Part shown: positions 60,143 to 64,000 of the stretch, in pieces
How positions within the stretch are numbered: position 1 is the first letter of the stretch
Layout of the letters: each line of letters begins with the position of its first letter
Assembly (NCBI GenBank): GCA_030680835.1
Contig: JAUXUD010000104.1
Location: 25,051-89,050 of the forward strand
Length of the DNA: 64,000 nucleotides
Direction: 5' to 3'
Source: Bacteroidota bacterium
GTDB lineage: Bacteria; Bacteroidota; Bacteroidia; UKL13-3
Translations under genes and position numbers: made by a program
Notes under the pieces: model-generated
Databases searched by the model: none
What the model was told of the DNA's origin: nothing
Seen by the model: the letters and a program-made list of their open reading frames with translations, nothing else

Positions 60143-60275
60143 TATATTTGCTTTCAGAATTAAAGTAAGCAAAACAAACTGGTGAGTTTTTAGGTGAGTT
60201 TTGATTTCTGGTTCTCATAAAGTATTGATATTACCTTAGGTACATGTTGGGTTCGGTACTCTCCACCTCCACTGA
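60143..60275 (+). repeat. Repeat B, right flank of the ROCO-TIR gene
   Basis: TATATATTTGC...AATTAAAGTAAGCAAAAC...GGTGAGTTTTTAGGTGAGTTTTGATTT...AAAGTATTG...GGTTCGGTACTCTCCACCTCCA. Confidence 0.7.
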
Positions 60276-60353
60276 GTCAATACTAAATTGAATCAAAGTT
60301 AAAACTGGCCTTACGAGCAGTTTTGTTCAACCTAAATTCTCATCAAAAAAATG

Positions 60354-60447
60354 TGGTGAGTATTTAGGTGAGTTTTGATTTCAGGTTTATATAAAGTATT
60401 GATAATAAGTCGCTCCGGAGGGCAGTTCGAATCCCTGCACCTCCACA
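60354..60447 (+). repeat. Repeat C (5'-truncated copy) with the best tRNA-3'-end-like motif
   Basis: GGTGAGTATTTAGGTGAGTTTTGATTT...AAAGTATTG...GGAGGGCAGTTCGAATCCCTGCACCTCCACA (T-loop-like GTTCGAATC). Confidence 0.7.
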
Positions 60448-60466
60448 AGCAGAAAAAAGAGAAAGG

Positions 60467-60501
60467 GAAAGAGAAAGAGTAAAAAATCCTCTTTCTCTTT
60501 C
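60467..60501 (-). terminator. Terminator of the delta-60-repeat gene
   Basis: Perfect 13 bp inverted repeat GAAAGAGAAAGAG-N9-CTCTTTCTCTTTC followed on the minus strand by a T-rich tract. Confidence 0.55.
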
Positions 60502-60559
60502 AATTTCTGTTTCTAAAAAATCATTCGTTTAAAGCGTATGTCAACCAGTTAAAATTTAT

Positions 60560-61987
60560 TTATTGAACAATAATTTTCTGATTATACACTTTTGCTTCAT
60601 AATAAACTTTTACAAAATAGATTCCTTTTGCCAGGGCAGAAAGGTCTATTTGCATTTGCCGATTATTGTTTGATGCCGTATATACTTTTTCGCCGGACAC
60701 ATTGTAAATTTCTAATTCTCCATTTGATGATTGCATATTGTCAAAGGTCAATTGAAAAATTCCATTTGATGGATTTGGATAAGCACTAAAATTGTGTTTA
60801 TCAAGATTGCTTTCATTTATACCAACTCCGGCACCTCCATTTATGCGGGCAATGTAGTTTCTTGCCGTTCCATTATATGAAGTGAACCAGCCACCGATAA
60901 TAATTTTTCCATCGCTTTGTATAGCGGTTGTATAGACCGAAGTGTTTGCTCCGGTTCCCGGATTAAAAGTTGCATCAAGGCTGCTATTTGCATTTAGTCG
61001 GGCAATACGGTTTCTTGCTGTTCCGTTATAGGAAGTGAACCCACCACCGACAATAATTTTCCCATCACTTTGTAAAACGGTTGTATATACAGTACCGTCT
61101 GTTCCGGTTCCCGGATTAAAAGTAGCGTCAAGACTGCCATCGGCATTAAGGCGGGCAATTCGGTTTCTTGCCGTTCCGTTATAGGAAATGAAAATGCCAC
61201 CGATAATAATTTTCCCATCGCCTTGTATAGCGGTTGTTTTTACAGAAGTGTTTGCTCCGGTTCCCGGGTTAAAAGTTGCGTCAAGGCTACCATCAGCATT
61301 CAGACGCATAATGTAGTTTCTTGCAGTTCCGTTATAAGTAGTGAAGGCACCACCGATAATAATTTTCCCATCACTTTGTATAGCGGTGGTATAAACAGTA
61401 CCGTCTACTCCGGTTCCCGGATTAAAAGTTGCATCAAGGCTGCCATTAGCATTCAGGCGTGCAATTCCCTTTCTTGCAGTTCCATTATAGGCATAAAAAC
61501 TGCCACCGATAATAATTTTCCCATCGCTTTGTATAGCGGTAGTTACGACCTTGTCGCCTGCTCCGGTTCCGGTACCCTGATTAAAAGTTGCGTCAAGGGT
61601 GCCATTAGCATTCAGGCGGGCAATACGGTATTTTGTCGTTCCATTATAGGTATTGAAATCGCCACCGATAACAATTTTTCCATCACTTTGTATAGCAGTT
61701 GTATATATAGAAAGGTTTGCTCCGGTTCCCGGGTTAAAAGTTGTGTCAAGGGAGCCATTAGCATTAATACGAGCAATACGGTTTCTTGTCGTTCCATTAT
61801 AGGAATTGAAACCACCACCGATTATAATTTTCCCATCGCTTTGTATAGCTGTTGTTTCGACCAAATCGTTTGCTCCGTCTCCCGGATTAAAAGTTGCGTC
61901 AAGGCTGCCGCTGCCGGGTTGGGCTTTGACATAAAAACTAAAAGCTGTAAATAACAGCATTGATAAAAATAAGGTGATGTTTTTCAT
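60560..61987 (-). CDS. Delta-60-repeat protein with T9SS C-terminal sorting domain
   Basis: Eight tandem approximately 47-aa repeats (SLDATFNPGTG...TTAIQSDGKIIIGG.F.SYNGTARNRIARLNA.G) and C-terminal FSAYPNPSNGIFQLTFDN...GIYFVKVYYEAKVYNQKIIVQ. Nucleotide-level tandem repeats of about 141 bp. Confidence 0.7.
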   Translation of the reverse strand: MKNITLFLSMLLFTAFSFYVKAQPGSGSLDATFNPGDGANDLVETTAIQSDGKIIIGGGFNSYNGTTRNRIARINANGSLDTTFNPGTGANLSIYTTAIQSDGKIVIGGDFNTYNGTTKYRIARLNANGTLDATFNQGTGTGAGDKVVTTAIQSDGKIIIGGSFYAYNGTARKGIARLNANGSLDATFNPGTGVDGTVYTTAIQSDGKIIIGGAFTTYNGTARNYIMRLNADGSLDATFNPGTGANTSVKTTAIQGDGKIIIGGIFISYNGTARNRIARLNADGSLDATFNPGTGTDGTVYTTVLQSDGKIIVGGGFTSYNGTARNRIARLNANSSLDATFNPGTGANTSVYTTAIQSDGKIIIGGWFTSYNGTARNYIARINGGAGVGINESNLDKHNFSAYPNPSNGIFQLTFDNMQSSNGELEIYNVSGEKVYTASNNNRQMQIDLSALAKGIYFVKVYYEAKVYNQKIIVQ

Positions 61988-62254
61988 AGTTTAAAATGTT
62001 TGCTATTCTATATTTTGGTTTGATTACTCATTTGGGGTTTCAATACAACCCTCTTTTTATGGGGTGGTAGGTCTCTACTTTTTTTCAATAGTACAACATT
62101 TTAAAACAATCCTAGACATGTCATAAAATATTATTGCCAGTTCTTGTTTCTATCTGCTGTGTTTCTTTTTCTCTATCTATAAGAACCGTTTCACTTTTTT
62201 AATTGACTATTAGTTTTAACTCCTTCGGCAATTTGAGATCATTAATAAAAAGCC

Positions 62255-64000
62255 ATGAAAAACAAATTGTTATTTGTATTCCTGATTTTACTTTTAAGTA
62301 ATAGGAGTATTGCCCAAAACTACCAATGGGCAAATAGTTTTAGTGGCTCCGGGATAGATGCATCGGTTAAAGGGATAAGCATCGCTGTTGATTCATCCGG
62401 TAATGTATTCAGTATGGGTTCATTTAAAGGAAGCATTGATTTCGATCCCGGCGAAGGAAATTCTATTTTGACATCAGGCGTTCCGGAAGATTTTTACATT
62501 TTAAAAACAGATGCCTCAGGAAATTTTATTTGGGTGAAAAGCATTGCTGGAAACAGTTTCTTTACCGCTAATTCAATGGCGTTAGAAAATAATGGCGTTG
62601 TATATATAACCGGTTATTTTTTGGGAAAAATTATTTTTGACAAGGACTCAACAAATGCGCTGCTTAATACAAAAGATGATATTGAATTATTCATTTTAAA
62701 GATATATTCAAACGGAAAATTTGCATGGTTCAAAAAGTTGGATGACACTGCTGCTGTTTATGCAAATTCAATAAGCACCGACCTCTTTGGAAATATATTA
62801 ACCACAGGTGGTTTTATAGGTAGTACTGATTTTGATCCGGGAGCGGGCACATTTATGATGACACCAACAGGCGATGATGATATTTTTATTTCAAAGCTCG
62901 ATAGCAATGGCAATTTTATCTGGACCAAAAGCATTGGAAGTAAATATGATGAACAGGGGAAAATGATTCAGACAGACATTTATGGGAATATTTATATCAG
63001 TGGGATTTTTCGCGACACAATAGACTTTAACCCTGGTTTGGGAGTATATAATCTAATGGCAACAGACTATGATTCTTATATTGTTAAATTAGACGCAGCA
63101 GGGAATTTTGTCTGGGCAAGAAGTTTTGATGTCCCTACAATATTTTCTTTAAATATCGATAAGCTTGGAAATGTTTTAAGCACCGGATTATTTAAAGGAA
63201 CCGTTGACTTTGATCCGGGAAGTGGGATATTTAATCTGATTGCAATTAGCTCAAATGTTTTCATCGCAAAACTTGATAGTTCCGGAAATTTTGTTTGGGC
63301 TAAATCAATAGGCGGAAATATTTATACGGATGCAGGAACAGCTATTACTGCTGATGATTCAGGAAATGTTATCACTACCGGTTATTTTCAAGACAATTAT
63401 TATGGACCTATAGATTTCGACCCGGGAGTGGGAACATTTTTTCTAAAAGGTTCGGTCAATGAAGATATTTTTATCTTAAAACTCAATCCATCAGGCAATT
63501 TTATCTGGGCAAAAGTTATAGCAGGAAATAAAACCGACATGCCTGCTTCAATTGCACATGACCGCTCAGGAAATATTTATATTACAGGCTATTTTTCGGG
63601 CGCAGTTGATTTTGATCCGGGTACTGGTACAAAAACCCTAATAAGTGGATTGAACACAAATGCATTTACATTAAAATTGGGAAGCTGCCAATTAACAATT
63701 AATTGTCAACCTAAAAATGCCCATATTATTTTAGGAGAAGACGCTCGCTTTTATATAAATACTTCAAATACTTCAGCAACCTATCGATGGCAACTCAACA
63801 TAGGGACAGGTTTTAATGATATTGCTGAACTTGCTCCTTATTCAGGAGTGCATAACGACACTTTAACAATAAGTCACATTGGATTTTATGCAAATAATGA
63901 ATACAGATGTATCATTAGCGACGGAAACTGTTCAGTTACCAGCAATACTGCAAAGTTAAATATAGATTGTGATTTTTCAATAAGCCGGCAACCGGAAGAT
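62255..64000 (+). CDS. 3'-partial SBBP/beta-propeller-repeat secreted protein (not in the ORF track because no stop lies within the window)
   Basis: ATG at 62255 and signal peptide MKNKLLFVFLILLLSNRSIAQ. Repeated ...SGN(F/V)IW(A/V)KSIGG...DFDPG... blades. Frame open to the window end. Confidence 0.6.
   Translation, partial: MKNKLLFVFLILLLSNRSIAQNYQWANSFSGSGIDASVKGISIAVDSSGNVFSMGSFKGSIDFDPGEGNSILTSGVPEDFYILKTDASGNFIWVKSIAGNSFFTANSMALENNGVVYITGYFLGKIIFDKDSTNALLNTKDDIELFILKIYSNGKFAWFKKLDDTAAVYANSISTDLFGNILTTGGFIGSTDFDPGAGTFMMTPTGDDDIFISKLDSNGNFIWTKSIGSKYDEQGKMIQTDIYGNIYISGIFRDTIDFNPGLGVYNLMATDYDSYIVKLDAAGNFVWARSFDVPTIFSLNIDKLGNVLSTGLFKGTVDFDPGSGIFNLIAISSNVFIAKLDSSGNFVWAKSIGGNIYTDAGTAITADDSGNVITTGYFQDNYYGPIDFDPGVGTFFLKGSVNEDIFILKLNPSGNFIWAKVIAGNKTDMPASIAHDRSGNIYITGYFSGAVDFDPGTGTKTLISGLNTNAFTLKLGSCQLTINCQPKNAHIILGEDARFYINTSNTSATYRWQLNIGTGFNDIAELAPYSGVHNDTLTISHIGFYANNEYRCIISDGNCSVTSNTAKLNIDCDFSISRQPED

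Noticed and set aside
60354-60447. Possible tRNA or tmRNA 3' half (GGAGGGCAGTTCGAATCCCTGCACCTCCACA) and similar tails in repeats A and B
   Set aside because: No matching 5' acceptor strand, D-arm or anticodon arm could be assembled, and the T-stem pairing is imperfect. Treated as att-like remnants, not RNA genes.
60790-61900. Regular tandem nucleotide repeats of about 141 bp that could be taken for a CRISPR-like or satellite array
   Set aside because: They lie inside a continuous 475-aa ORF. They encode the 47-aa delta-60 protein repeats, with no short conserved repeat/spacer structure and no cas genes.
61223-61954. 243-aa plus-strand ORF
   Set aside because: It is antisense to the delta-60-repeat gene. 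The Ser/Gly/Cys-rich low-complexity translation is a repeat-driven artefact.

Overview
AT-rich segment of a Bacteroidota chromosome: four genes end in type-IX-secretion C-terminal sorting domains (near 1-509, 33589-34812, 60560-61987 and the partial ORF from 62255). The flanks look like core chromosome (two-component pair 541-1986, NitT/TauT-type ABC transporter 12731-15322, T9SS cargo at both ends). The centre is accessory DNA. An intact IS3-family insertion sequence (about 15523-16937, OrfA/OrfB with an A AAA AAG -1 frameshift site) abuts an approximately 16 kb island (about 16.95-33.15 kb) carrying RadC, two tandem ArdC-like genes with a duplicated intergenic cassette, an XRE regulator, a three-gene OLD-nuclease/UvrD-helicase/PIN-protein operon with ATGA-coupled junctions (21981-27384), a zeta-toxin-like kinase, a large serine recombinase and a TraD/VirD4-like ATPase. 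A second accessory block (about 36.5-60.5 kb) contains a HEPN-like protein, a CoiA-like nuclease fused to a long coiled coil, two copies of an approximately 375 bp repeat full of palindromes (oriT-like), an orphan 1136-aa protein, a coupling-protein/relaxase mobilisation module, a GT4 glycosyltransferase, an excisionase-like HTH protein and a 1321-aa single-chain arginase-fold/LRR/Roc-GTPase/COR/TIR protein (55973-59938) boxed in by three copies of an approximately 100-140 bp repeat carrying a tRNA-3'-end-like motif. The two strongest candidates for undescribed biology are the OLD-UvrD-PIN operon (Gabija-like but with a third nuclease gene) and the arginase-ROCO-TIR protein. No rRNA, convincing tRNA or CRISPR array was seen. 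All functional calls are from motif recognition by eye and need HMM/BLAST confirmation.
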